From positions 8 to 64,007 of the forward strand of contig JAPYNU010000086.1 in the NCBI GenBank assembly GCA_028283245.1: 64,000 nt of DNA, given 5' to 3'. The notes under the pieces were generated by a model. That model was given only the letters and a program-made list of their open reading frames with translations. It did not search any database and was not told the origin of the DNA. Of this stretch, positions 9,412 through 18,667 are shown piece after piece. Source of the stretch: Candidatus Aldehydirespirator catecholifindens (lineage in GTDB: Bacteria; Actinomycetota; Acidimicrobiia; Acidimicrobiales; Aldehydirespiratoraceae). Numbering within the stretch: the stretch's first letter is position 1; each line of letters starts with the position of its first letter. Made by a program: the position numbers and the translations under genes.

Positions 9412-10308
9412 CTAAACGCGGGGCTCAGCAGGTGGCGGGCCTAGGCGTTCGAATTCGGCTGCCACATCGGCTGTGGTGAGGGTGTCGTCTTTGAAGCGGC
9501 GTCGGCGTTCGGCGGCATCGGTTTGGCGTTGCGCAGCCGAAAAGCGAAAGAACTTGATGGCGATGAGCGTCCACAGATAGAGGCCTCCCAGCACTTTCAT
9601 CACTGCGCCCGCTGCTTGCTGGTCGGCCGTCACAGAAATGCCCCACAGCCGCTGGGCGTGGTCATAAATCGGGTAAACCGAGCCTTCAGCGAAAGTAAGC
9701 CATCCGGCGGGCACAGTAGGCACGATCGACATGGCAAACAGGTAGAGCATCTTTACAGGCTCAGAGAGTTGCATCTCTTTGATCGGTGAAACCACCGGCG
9801 TCCACATCGCCAAAGCACTGGCAAACATCAGCAGGTGCATTGAGTAGTGGAAGGCACCGTTTCGCACCGACAGATCCACCAGAGCGCTCCAATGCATCAA
9901 CCCTTGCAAGGCGTTGAAGATCACTCCAGCTGCTACAGGATGCGTCATCCGGCGGATTATGCGAGCCGCTCGTGACCCTTCCATCAGAATCAGTCGAGCC
10001 AACCATTCAGGCACGGCCATCACCATCAACGGCGGCACCACGAAACTGATCAGCAGATGCTGCAACATATGCACCGAATACAGGTAGTCCTCAGCGATGT
10101 CATGCATGGGCCAATCGGCTGATATCCACAACAGCAGCACTCCAACAACAAAACACAGCCGCTGTCGGCGTGTGACTACGGCACCGGCTGGTGCCGCTAC
10201 GGGCGCTACCACACGCACTACGTAGTAGCCGAGACCGACGATAGCGGCGATCATCAGCCACACCTCTGGATGGAACTGGAATTGCCAAGCGTCAGCGACG
10301 GCCAACAT
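9412..10308 (-). CDS. cytochrome c oxidase assembly factor, CtaG-like (caa3_CtaG type) membrane protein
   Basis: 298 aa polytopic membrane protein, last gene of the cta operon. The layout resembles Bacillus-type CtaG. Confidence 0.65.
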   Translation of the reverse strand: MLAVADAWQFQFHPEVWLMIAAIVGLGYYVVRVVAPVAAPAGAVVTRRQRLCFVVGVLLLWISADWPMHDIAEDYLYSVHMLQHLLISFVVPPLMVMAVPEWLARLILMEGSRAARIIRRMTHPVAAGVIFNALQGLMHWSALVDLSVRNGAFHYSMHLLMFASALAMWTPVVSPIKEMQLSEPVKMLYLFAMSIVPTVPAGWLTFAEGSVYPIYDHAQRLWGISVTADQQAAGAVMKVLGGLYLWTLIAIKFFRFSAAQRQTDAAERRRRFKDDTLTTADVAAEFERLGPPPAEPRV

Positions 10309-10357
10309 GCGACAGAAACCCTTTTGTAGAGGCAGCTAACTCGGTTGCTGCAGGCTT

Positions 10358-10735
10358 TTAGGCGAAAAACTCAAAGACTGTCAACGTCGCTACATAGACG
10401 CCCACAGCAAGCAGCAGCCCTGTGGTGAACATCCGACCGAACAGTTTGCTGTCGAAACGCAGATGCATGAACCAGGTAGCCACCAGATAAAACTTGACGA
10501 TCATCATAAAGATCAACGACGGCACCAGCGCCACACCCCAGTCGAGCACCGACTCAAAGTAGGTGAACACTTCCAGCGCCGTGATCACTGCAAGCGCCAA
10601 AGCGATCTTGACGTAAGCCCAATCTGAGGGATGGGCGTGGTCTTCGCTCGGGGCATCTGATTCGTGCGAAGCTGTCGCTGCGTGCTCGTCGACGTTGCCG
10701 GTGTTTGCTGCGGTTGGGGTGGTTGTGTCGCTCAT
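10358..10735 (-). CDS. ctaF: cytochrome c oxidase subunit IV (small prokaryotic COX4-type)
   Basis: 125 aa, three predicted TM helices, immediately downstream of subunit III. Has a His/Asp/Glu-rich N-terminal extension. Confidence 0.6.
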   Translation of the reverse strand: MSDTTTPTAANTGNVDEHAATASHESDAPSEDHAHPSDWAYVKIALALAVITALEVFTYFESVLDWGVALVPSLIFMMIVKFYLVATWFMHLRFDSKLFGRMFTTGLLLAVGVYVATLTVFEFFA

Positions 10736-10774
10736 TTTGTGGTGACCTTGCTCAAGGATGATGATTCGACGAGG

Positions 10775-11431
10775 TCAGTTGACGGGGATCAGATAGATGA
10801 CGGTGAAGATAAAGATCCACACGATGTCAACGAAATGCCAGTAAAGGCCGACGATCTCTACGGTCTCAGAGTTGCGTTGGTTAAGGTTCCCATTGACGGA
10901 TCTTATGAACAGCGACATCAGCATGACGATGCCTATGGCCACATGCACTCCGTGGAAACCGGTCAGCGTGAAGAATGCGCTGCTAGCTGGACTGGTGGTA
11001 AATCCCACGCCCTCACGCACGAAAGCCGTGAATTCGTAAACTTGGCCGCCGAGGAACACCGCTCCGAGCAATGCTGTAGCCAAGAGCCAGGCACGGCCAG
11101 CCTCTGCTTCGCCGCGATTCACGGCCGACAGAGCCAGCACCATCGTGAGCGAACTCATCAACAGCACAAAAGAACTCACCGATGTGAACGGAATGTCGAA
11201 CACGTCCGCAGGGAGCGTGCGTCCGTTGCCGCGAGTGGAATAAAGCAGATATGTGGAGATCAACCCGCCGAACAGCAGGCATTCCGAACCGAGGAACACC
11301 CACATGGCGAGCTTGGTGTTTGACAGACCTGTGGAAGTTGCGTGCGAGGCGTGACCATGATCTTCGCCGTGGTTATCGGCATCAACCGTCGACGTAGTCA
11401 CTGAACCGGCTGTCGCTGTTTCGGCGCTCAT
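10775..11431 (-). CDS. ctaE: cytochrome c oxidase subunit III
   Basis: 218 aa with motifs FFTLTGFHGVHV and GLYWHFVDIVW. Confidence 0.9.
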   Translation of the reverse strand: MSAETATAGSVTTSTVDADNHGEDHGHASHATSTGLSNTKLAMWVFLGSECLLFGGLISTYLLYSTRGNGRTLPADVFDIPFTSVSSFVLLMSSLTMVLALSAVNRGEAEAGRAWLLATALLGAVFLGGQVYEFTAFVREGVGFTTSPASSAFFTLTGFHGVHVAIGIVMLMSLFIRSVNGNLNQRNSETVEIVGLYWHFVDIVWIFIFTVIYLIPVN

Positions 11432-13437
11432 GGTGTCGCCTCATTTGAGTCGCTGTTGTCGACAGCGCGGTCGTTGGAGCCGTCGTCGTGATCGTCGTGA
11501 TCGTCGTGATCGTCGTGGGCGGCGTCGGGATCATCAACCGGTTCTAAAGCCCATGAATACAGCGAACCGATTGTCACCAGCGCACCAATCAGCGCAAACC
11601 AGAGATTGAAGATCAAGCCATAGCCGATCAGTGGCAGCCCCAAAGCCACAGACAACGGCCAGAAAGACGGCGAAGGCAGATGCACTCCTGTGGCCTCACC
11701 GGTCTGAGCAGCCTCTTGCGCTGTGGCTACTTGCACCACTTTGCCAGTGGAGTCTTCACCGTATTTGGTGTGCCACCAGTCGTCACGGCTGCGGATCTGC
11801 GGCACTGTGTCGAAGTTGTGTACCGGCACTGGTGAAGGCACCGACCATTCCAGACTTCGGGCATCCCAGGGATCTGGGCCCGGTGGCGGCAGATAGGGAG
11901 CATCTCGCCTGGACTTGAAAACATTCCACAGGAACAATGCCGTGGCTGCCGCTATCAAAAACGAGCCGATCGTGGCGGTCAAGTTCCAGAACTCAAAGCC
12001 GTAACCGCGGGCGTAGCTGTCAATGCGACGTGACATTCCTTGCAAACCAAGAATGTGCATCGGGCCGAAGGTCAAGTTGAAGCCCACCAGCGTCAACCAG
12101 AAATGCCAGTTGCCCACTCGTTCGCTGAGGAAATGCCCCCAGATCTTGGGCCACCAGAAATAGAGACCAGCGAACAGTCCGAGCACACCACCACCAAAGA
12201 TCACATAATGGAAATGCGCCACGATGTAGTAAGTGTCGGTTTGTTGAGTGTTGGCTGGTGCCACCGAATGGGTCACCCCCGACAATCCCCCGATAGTGAA
12301 CATCGCCACTGTTGCCACCGCGAACTTCATAGCCACTGTGAACCTGATCTTGCCACCCCACATCGTGGCCAGCCAGTTGAGCACTTTCACTCCTGTAGGC
12401 ACCGCAATGAACATGGTCGACAAAGAGAACGCCGCTACAGATATGGGTCCCATCCCCGACACGAACATGTGGTGAGCCCACACACCCCAGCCCATGAAAC
12501 CGATAGCGATGCCTGAGAACACCATGAACTCATAACCGAACAAAGGCTTGCGGCTAAAAGTGGGGATCACTTCGGATACCACCCCGAAGGCGGGCAAAAC
12601 GATGATATAAACCTCGGGATGCCCAAAAATCCAGAAGAGATGTTGCCACAGCAGCGGATCGGCACCGGCATCAACGTTGAAGAACTGAGCATCAAAAACC
12701 CGGTCGAACATCAACAAGAACAGCGCCACGGTGATCACCGGAAGAGCGAACAGCAATAGGAACTGTGTTATTAGCAGCATCCAAGTGAATATCGGCATAC
12801 GCATCAAGGTCATGCCGGGAGCACGCATGTTGAGACAGGTGACGATCAGGTTGACCGCCGACACTAAAGAGGCAAGCCCCAAGATTTGCAGTCCGATGGC
12901 GTAGAAGTCCACGCCATGGCTCGGCGAGAAAGCCACTCCGCTGTTGGGCGCATAGCAGAACCAGCCGCAATCTGCCCCTCCGCCGGCCACAATCCAAGAC
13001 GTGTTCAAGAAGATCGCGCCTGATAGCCACACCCAAAAAGACAAAGCATTGAGTCGCGGGAAAGCCACATCGCGTGCGCCGATTTGCAAAGGAATGAAGT
13101 AGTTCGCGAATGCTGCAGCGAGAGGCATGATGAACAAAAACACCATGGTGACGCCGTGCATGGTGTAAACCTGGTTGTAGACATCGGCGCTGAGCACAGA
13201 TCCGTCGGGCACAGCCAACTGCAGGCGGATCAGCAGAGCTTGGACGCCTCCCACCAAGAAAAAGAACATGGCAGAAACGCCGTAGAGGATCCCGATGCGT
13301 TTGTGGTCAACGGTGCTGAGCCAGTCGCGCCAGCCGCGCCCACCTTGCGGGCGCGTGAACACGCCGAGAGGTTTCTCGGCGTAACTGACGGTGTCGGCGG
13401 TGCCGAGTTCTAGCGGCTGCTTTTCAACTATTGCCAT
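11428..13437 (-). CDS. ctaD: cytochrome c oxidase subunit I with C-terminal extension
   Basis: All canonical ligand motifs are present: YTMHG, WIFGHPEVY, WAHHMF, VAHFHYV. The 669 aa include a two-TM extension and a DDH-repeat tail. Confidence 0.95.
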   Translation of the reverse strand: MAIVEKQPLELGTADTVSYAEKPLGVFTRPQGGRGWRDWLSTVDHKRIGILYGVSAMFFFLVGGVQALLIRLQLAVPDGSVLSADVYNQVYTMHGVTMVFLFIMPLAAAFANYFIPLQIGARDVAFPRLNALSFWVWLSGAIFLNTSWIVAGGGADCGWFCYAPNSGVAFSPSHGVDFYAIGLQILGLASLVSAVNLIVTCLNMRAPGMTLMRMPIFTWMLLITQFLLLFALPVITVALFLLMFDRVFDAQFFNVDAGADPLLWQHLFWIFGHPEVYIIVLPAFGVVSEVIPTFSRKPLFGYEFMVFSGIAIGFMGWGVWAHHMFVSGMGPISVAAFSLSTMFIAVPTGVKVLNWLATMWGGKIRFTVAMKFAVATVAMFTIGGLSGVTHSVAPANTQQTDTYYIVAHFHYVIFGGGVLGLFAGLYFWWPKIWGHFLSERVGNWHFWLTLVGFNLTFGPMHILGLQGMSRRIDSYARGYGFEFWNLTATIGSFLIAAATALFLWNVFKSRRDAPYLPPPGPDPWDARSLEWSVPSPVPVHNFDTVPQIRSRDDWWHTKYGEDSTGKVVQVATAQEAAQTGEATGVHLPSPSFWPLSVALGLPLIGYGLIFNLWFALIGALVTIGSLYSWALEPVDDPDAAHDDHDDHDDHDDGSNDRAVDNSDSNEATP
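11482..11517 (-). repeat. 9-bp tandem repeat x4 (plus-strand (g/a)tcgtcgtg) encoding the (DDH)n tail of subunit I
   Basis: Plus strand reads gtcgtcgtg atcgtcgtg atcgtcgtg atcgtcgtg. It translates on the minus strand to HDDHDDHDDHDD. Confidence 0.85.
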
Positions 13438-13438
13438 T

Positions 13439-14779
13439 TCAGTCCACCTGGGTTGCTTCGATTATCCACCCAGCAGGTTTGGCACCAAGACCTGCAAGGT
13501 AGGCCACCAACTGGTCGATCTGTGCTTCGTTGAGATCGAGATTAGGCATACCTCGATACTGCTCGCCAGGCACTATGTAGTTGGCCTTGAGTTCGCTCGG
13601 GTTGCGTAGCCAGGCCTCCAAAACGGTGCGGTTTAGTGAACCGTCAGCGTTGTAACTGTTGAAGATCCCGCCAGCGAAAGTGCTGCGGTTGGCGAAGTGA
13701 GTGAGGTTCGGAGCAGCACCTGATGCCTGATCGGCGCGCTCAAAGACATCGTCGTTGAGCCCTTCGACCACATGACAAGAAGTGCATATCCCTGCGAAGA
13801 CTTCCTGCCCAGCGAGCGCTTCAGGGTCGACAGGTTCGACTGCGTCAAGGCTGGTGTTGTTCACCCAAGCTTGGAAATCGGCAGGATCAAGCGCCACGGT
13901 TTGCATTCTCATGCGTGAGTGCGACAAGCCGCAGAACTCGGTGCATTGCCCGAAATACAAGCCTGGACTTGATGCTTGGATTTTCCACGGCGAGAAGCGG
14001 TTGGGGACGGCGTCTCGTTTGCCGTTGAGTGCCGGTATCCAAAACGAATGGATCACGTCACGTGAGGTGACGATCAGTTCGATCTCTTCACCGGTGGGGA
14101 TGATCATCTGTCCAGAGGTGACAATGTCAGCCGGTGGCAGCGTCTTGGCATCTCCATGGGCCCGTAGTTCAGCAAGGTCAACCTGATCTGAGAAGTAGTA
14201 GCGGAACTCCCACCACCATTGGTTGCCGACCACCACGACTGTGGGTTCCCAGTCGACGCTGCGCCCGTCGATTTCAACGGCCATCGTGTTGTCTTCGGTG
14301 GCGTTGACGGTGGGAAGCGACCAGAGCATCAAAGCAGCTACTGCCGCCATAGTCAGAAAGAACCCGACAGTCCAGCCGACTTCTAGAGGAACGTGGCCGT
14401 GAGTTTGTGAGGGCCATTCGTCGTCGGTGTCGTAGTTTTTGACTCGGTTGCGCCAGATCAGATAGATCATGGCGATGCTGATACCTACTAACACCACAGC
14501 AGCAATCCAAAACACCGGCAGCACCCCGCGGTTGTGCAGTTCTTCGGAGATGGGGCCTTGAGGAGCGAAAGTGTCGAGTTCGGCATCGGATGCACAGCCT
14601 GCGGCGATTAACACCCCCATAGCAGTGAGCAGCAATCCGCCGCTGCGTCGCAGTGCCGCGACGGGCTTCACAATCCTGCCGGTCGTCACGACAGTCCTGT
14701 TCGGCTTAGCCGTTTCAGCCAAAATTTTCTCCTTCGCTCGGCTCGCTAGAAGATTCATACGATTCTTCATTGTGGTCAT
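13439..14779 (-). CDS. ctaC: cytochrome c oxidase subunit II with fused cytochrome c domain (caa3-type)
   Basis: CuA motif CTEFCGLSHSRM and haem c motif CTSCHVV in the C-terminal domain. Lipobox-like LIAAGC. The start is uncertain: a GTG near 14689 would give a normal signal peptide and avoid overlapping the upstream gene. Confidence 0.9.
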   Translation of the reverse strand: MTTMKNRMNLLASRAKEKILAETAKPNRTVVTTGRIVKPVAALRRSGGLLLTAMGVLIAAGCASDAELDTFAPQGPISEELHNRGVLPVFWIAAVVLVGISIAMIYLIWRNRVKNYDTDDEWPSQTHGHVPLEVGWTVGFFLTMAAVAALMLWSLPTVNATEDNTMAVEIDGRSVDWEPTVVVVGNQWWWEFRYYFSDQVDLAELRAHGDAKTLPPADIVTSGQMIIPTGEEIELIVTSRDVIHSFWIPALNGKRDAVPNRFSPWKIQASSPGLYFGQCTEFCGLSHSRMRMQTVALDPADFQAWVNNTSLDAVEPVDPEALAGQEVFAGICTSCHVVEGLNDDVFERADQASGAAPNLTHFANRSTFAGGIFNSYNADGSLNRTVLEAWLRNPSELKANYIVPGEQYRGMPNLDLNEAQIDQLVAYLAGLGAKPAGWIIEATQVD

Positions 14780-15527
14780 CGCTGTGATGATGCTCAAAGT
14801 CCCGTTCACCAGCAACCGCAGCCAGCACCCCTCCAAGCAACAGTCCTAGCGCCGCTACTGCACCCAGCACACGCACCAGACGACGGCTTTGACCAGGTCG
14901 AGCCACATAAAGCCATGCGCCTGCAAGGATCAGCGCCGATACCACGCCAGCAACCGTCACTGCTTGCAGTTGTGACACATTCAACAAGATCCGTGACGCT
15001 GCTATCACCACCACACCGATAGCCAAAGCGCCAAAGATTGGTATCTCCAAAGGTGCCATGATGCGGTTGCGTAGTGCGCGGTTGGCCTCTGTGTCGCCGG
15101 TGGCACGATCAGCCCAAGCGTCAATAGTCCACTCAATCAGTGACAACACAACAAGTGCTAGTCCCAGAATGAACACCAGCGGATGTAGCACCAGTCCCAG
15201 CACAGCAGCACCAACCCCGAATGAGGCCGACACCGGCCAAAAACTGGCGGTGACTGTGGAGTCGGTTGGCACTTCCGCCAAGTTCTGCAAGCGGGCTTGG
15301 GCGTCAGCGTCGGCATCGCGGTAAGAAACCAACACCACACTGATCATCAACGACGCAGTCGCCAACGCCAGCAGCAGGCCGTAGCCGATGTGATCGCCCA
15401 CTGCGCCCTTCCAGCCCAGCGACAACGGCCCGACAGAGTCGCCACCGGTGGAGTATCCGTAGATGAGCGCAGCCACAACGAACGCGCCGAAAAGCCCGAA
15501 GAAGAGTTTGAAGCCGGTGGTGAACAT
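14715..15527 (-). CDS. polytopic membrane protein of unknown function, His/acidic C-terminal tail
   Basis: 270 aa with about 7 hydrophobic segments. The tail reads ERDFEHHHSDDHNEESYESSSEPSEGENFG. Embedded in the cta operon. Confidence 0.5.
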   Translation of the reverse strand: MFTTGFKLFFGLFGAFVVAALIYGYSTGGDSVGPLSLGWKGAVGDHIGYGLLLALATASLMISVVLVSYRDADADAQARLQNLAEVPTDSTVTASFWPVSASFGVGAAVLGLVLHPLVFILGLALVVLSLIEWTIDAWADRATGDTEANRALRNRIMAPLEIPIFGALAIGVVVIAASRILLNVSQLQAVTVAGVVSALILAGAWLYVARPGQSRRLVRVLGAVAALGLLLGGVLAAVAGERDFEHHHSDDHNEESYESSSEPSEGENFG

Positions 15528-15542
15528 CGTTGTGAAGATCCG

Positions 15543-16127
15543 CTACTTATTGATGAACACGACGTACCAGACAATGAAGTAGCACAGCACGCACATGTGC
15601 CAGTAGATCGCAGCGGCTTGCACCGTATGCGCTAGGTCGCGCCCCGGTGATCCCATCAAGGCACGGATGGTTGTGACGGTGAACATCGCCAAACCTGCGA
15701 GCAGCATGGCGATGAACGAACCTGTCACCACATAGAAGAGCAGTTGTGCGACACCGTCGTCAATAGCGAAGGCTGTGTCGGCGTAGACGAACCAGAACTG
15801 ATTGATTACCGCTGCACCGAACAGCAAGGTGACCGCCAACGCAATGAAGCCATGCGGGCGATCTTCAGTGCGTGCCGCTTGCACCGCCCATTGTACCGTC
15901 ACCATTGACAGCACTAGTGTCATCATCATCATCCCAGCAGGGCCTAGCTCCACGCTGCCTTCGGGGAACCATTCCTGGCCCGTAGCCCGAGCGTGCTGAC
16001 GCTGCTGCACATAGATCACTACCAAGCCAGCAAAAGCTATAAAGGCGGCACCGGTGGCTAGCAGTGATCCAACAGCGACGGTACGCGGTCGCGTTGCGAC
16101 TGGTGCGGGCAGAGCTGTGGTTCTCAT
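15543..16127 (-). CDS. haem-copper oxidase subunit III-like protein (divergent paralogue)
   Basis: 194 aa. AAAIYWHMCVLCYFIVW aligns to GLYWHFVDIVWIFIF of ctaE, and FYVVTGSFIAML aligns to FFTLTGFHGVHV. Confidence 0.6.
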   Translation of the reverse strand: MRTTALPAPVATRPRTVAVGSLLATGAAFIAFAGLVVIYVQQRQHARATGQEWFPEGSVELGPAGMMMMTLVLSMVTVQWAVQAARTEDRPHGFIALAVTLLFGAAVINQFWFVYADTAFAIDDGVAQLLFYVVTGSFIAMLLAGLAMFTVTTIRALMGSPGRDLAHTVQAAAIYWHMCVLCYFIVWYVVFINK

Positions 16128-17671
16128 GCTGTGCTGGCTTGCAGTGTGGCTTCAGCTGCTTCCCTGACCCGCATTGCCTGAGCCACTGCGGCCACTATGG
16201 CGGCGATTCCTAAGGCGAATGTCACAGATCCCACGAAGTTCAAAACGTTAAGCAACACGCTTCCGTCCAATGCCAAGGCCATAATGTCAGATTCTTCAGA
16301 TATGAAGCCGGAGACCAAATCGGACAGCACCAGCAGTCCGCCTCCTGCTCCTACTAGCAGCACGCTAGCGCCGCTGGCTCGTTTCGATACTGATGCATCG
16401 AATAACTCACTTGACCAGTGAACCATCGAAACAACGGCTGCTATGAACACCGCCGTGACTACGCCATGGAATACTGCCCAAGTGGCGGAGCTTTCCAGCA
16501 GATCAAGAGGCTCAATCACTCGCAACGCTCCCACCACGGTTGCAGCCCCCAGAACAAGTAAAGCTGCCGCAGCACCGATCATGCGTGTGTCAATCAACTG
16601 CTGCGGCTTCAGCGGGTTTTGTGTTGCTTGCATACCCAACGCGCCTATCAGGGCTGCGACCGGCACAACCGCGGCAAGACCAAACGCCACGTAGACCAGC
16701 CCGTCGCGCAGATCTTGAGGAGCTGTGAAATAGTCTTGCGACCAGCCGCCGACAGCCAGCAATGCGAATATGCCCACTATTGCGGCGATGGCCTCGGGAC
16801 GGCCAAAACGGGTGCCGAGCACTGCGCTGACAGCTTCGGCAGCGATGCCCAGCACTGGTACTGCCATGAGATACACGGCTGGCTGCTCAAACAGCCAGTC
16901 AAGCTGTAGCCAGATGTCAGGGCTTTCGGCTCGCCCGAAAGCAATCGCCGCACGGCCACGCAAATCCGCATACACCACAACAATGTTGGCGATAGCGATC
17001 GGCAGAGTAAAAAGCCATACTGCCGATGCCACAAGCATCGACCAAGCAAAAGGCGGCACATCCAAGAGGCTGGTTTCGGCGTCTCGCAGAGCGATTACTG
17101 TCGCCGCCAGCGACAGTGTGCCCATGAGCAGAGCCACGATCACTAGACCGGTGCCGAGCAGGGTCAACGCCATGGCATCGCCCTCGTTGCGAGTCACTCC
17201 GTCTAGTGCGCCCCAACCACCCCCGGCGAGCACTGACACCACCATGATTACAGAGCCGATCAGCCAAGACCAAAACGCTGCCAAAGCAGCCCGAGGAAAG
17301 GCCAGGTTCGCTGCTCCCACCTGTCGCGGCACTACAACCATGGCCACACCCAACAGCAGCGGCAGCAGCACCAGCAGCATCAGCGACACTCGATACAGAG
17401 TCCACATGCGGAAGTAGGCGTTGAGACCCGCAAAGACTTCGGCGGGTTCGACAGCGTCGCTGCGACCGAAGGCGACAAGCGCTCCGATGACCGCAGCGAA
17501 CATCGCCCAGAGCAGCGAAACCATCACGAACAATCGGCCGATGGCAGATCCGTCGCTGGTGACGAACGGCTGAGCCAGTGTCTGTGTCTCAGAGCCTGGT
17601 GTTGAGGTAGTTACGGCTGTTGCAGCGGACGCGACCTGAGGGTCTGCTGTGGCCGATTCGGTCAGCGTCAT
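16124..17671 (-). CDS. haem-copper oxidase subunit I-like protein lacking most metal-ligand histidines
   Basis: 515 aa, at least 12 TM. LAFPRAALAAFWSWLIG aligns to VAFPRLNALSFWVWLSG of ctaD. The ligand motifs read TLYRV, EQPAVY, SQDYF and VFHGV in place of TMHGV, GHPEVY, AHHMF and HFHYV. Confidence 0.65.
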   Translation of the reverse strand: MTLTESATADPQVASAATAVTTSTPGSETQTLAQPFVTSDGSAIGRLFVMVSLLWAMFAAVIGALVAFGRSDAVEPAEVFAGLNAYFRMWTLYRVSLMLLVLLPLLLGVAMVVVPRQVGAANLAFPRAALAAFWSWLIGSVIMVVSVLAGGGWGALDGVTRNEGDAMALTLLGTGLVIVALLMGTLSLAATVIALRDAETSLLDVPPFAWSMLVASAVWLFTLPIAIANIVVVYADLRGRAAIAFGRAESPDIWLQLDWLFEQPAVYLMAVPVLGIAAEAVSAVLGTRFGRPEAIAAIVGIFALLAVGGWSQDYFTAPQDLRDGLVYVAFGLAAVVPVAALIGALGMQATQNPLKPQQLIDTRMIGAAAALLVLGAATVVGALRVIEPLDLLESSATWAVFHGVVTAVFIAAVVSMVHWSSELFDASVSKRASGASVLLVGAGGGLLVLSDLVSGFISEESDIMALALDGSVLLNVLNFVGSVTFALGIAAIVAAVAQAMRVREAAEATLQASTA

Positions 17672-17683
17672 CGTGAAGCGATG

Positions 17684-18583
17684 CTACACAATGAGCACAT
17701 CAGCCGCGACCGCGCCGAACAAAATCATGACATAAACGTTGGACCAGCCGAACAGCCGCAGCGACCGTGTGGGTTCGGGATTGCGCATTACATCAACGGC
17801 CAGACCAATGAAGCCAGCCCCCGCAACACTCGCCGCCAGCAAATAAACAATGCCCATGTCGGCAACCGGCACCAGCAGCAACGATAACGCCACCAGCACC
17901 ACCGTGTAGGCCACGATGCGATGAGCGGTGGCTTTGAGACTCATCACCGCTGGCAGCATGGGCACATCAGCAGCCTGATAGTCGCTGCGGTAGCGGATCG
18001 CCAGCGCCCAGAAGTGCGGCGGTGTCCAATAGAAGATCACTGCGAACAGCACCAGCGGCGGCCAATCAAGAGAGCCTGTGACCGCGGCCCAGCCCACCAA
18101 TGTCGGCATTGCGCCAGCGGCACCACCGATCACAATGTTGCGTACCGAAGTGCGTTTCAGCCACAGCGAATACACGAATACATAGAAGGCGGCCGCAGCA
18201 GTGGCTAGTGTCGCAGCCAGCAGGTTCGCGAAGGCCCAAAGCCACACGAACGACACCGCTATCAGCGCCGACGCGAACACCGCCGCCTCAACGGGTCTCA
18301 CCGTACCGGTTACCAAAGGTCGATTGCGGGTGCGGTGCATCAACTTGTCAATGTCACGATCGATGTACATGTTCAAGGCGTTAGCACCGCCAGCCGACAT
18401 AGCACCGCCTATCACGGTGGCTGCGATGAGCCACAACGACGGCAGGCCGCCTTGCGCCAGGATCATTGACGGAACGGTGGTGACCAGCAGCAGTTCAACG
18501 ATTCGAGGCTTTGTCAAAGCGACGAAAGCTGCGGCTCGGGCACGGCGTGGTGAGCGCATCGTTGCGGTCACGGTTTCGGTCAC
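17684..18583 (-). CDS. ctaB: protohaem IX farnesyltransferase (haem O synthase)
   Basis: 299 aa UbiA-family protein with LTKPRIVELLL, NMYIDRDIDKLMHRTRNRPL and PPHFWALA. Confidence 0.9.
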   Translation of the reverse strand: MTETVTATMRSPRRARAAAFVALTKPRIVELLLVTTVPSMILAQGGLPSLWLIAATVIGGAMSAGGANALNMYIDRDIDKLMHRTRNRPLVTGTVRPVEAAVFASALIAVSFVWLWAFANLLAATLATAAAAFYVFVYSLWLKRTSVRNIVIGGAAGAMPTLVGWAAVTGSLDWPPLVLFAVIFYWTPPHFWALAIRYRSDYQAADVPMLPAVMSLKATAHRIVAYTVVLVALSLLLVPVADMGIVYLLAASVAGAGFIGLAVDVMRNPEPTRSLRLFGWSNVYVMILFGAVAADVLIV

Positions 18584-18667
18584 GGTTGCAGGCTAGAAGA
18601 TCGCGCCGCTCATCTGACCAGCGACACGATCTAGAACTATCAAATACCGCCGCGCTGCTGGGGGCGC

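Noticed and set aside
10664-11323. 219 aa ORF antisense to ctaE. There are similar long antisense ORFs at 16770..17417 (COX1-like), 18712..19338 (ctaA), 20858..22021 (MMPL), 25794..26411 (helicase), 51418..51978 (malic enzyme) and 57820..58368 (clpB).
   Set aside because: Each lies entirely inside a gene with strong motif support on the opposite strand. Their products are Arg/Ser/Pro/Ala-rich with no recognisable motifs. This is the expected stop-codon-poor shadow frame of GC-rich coding DNA.
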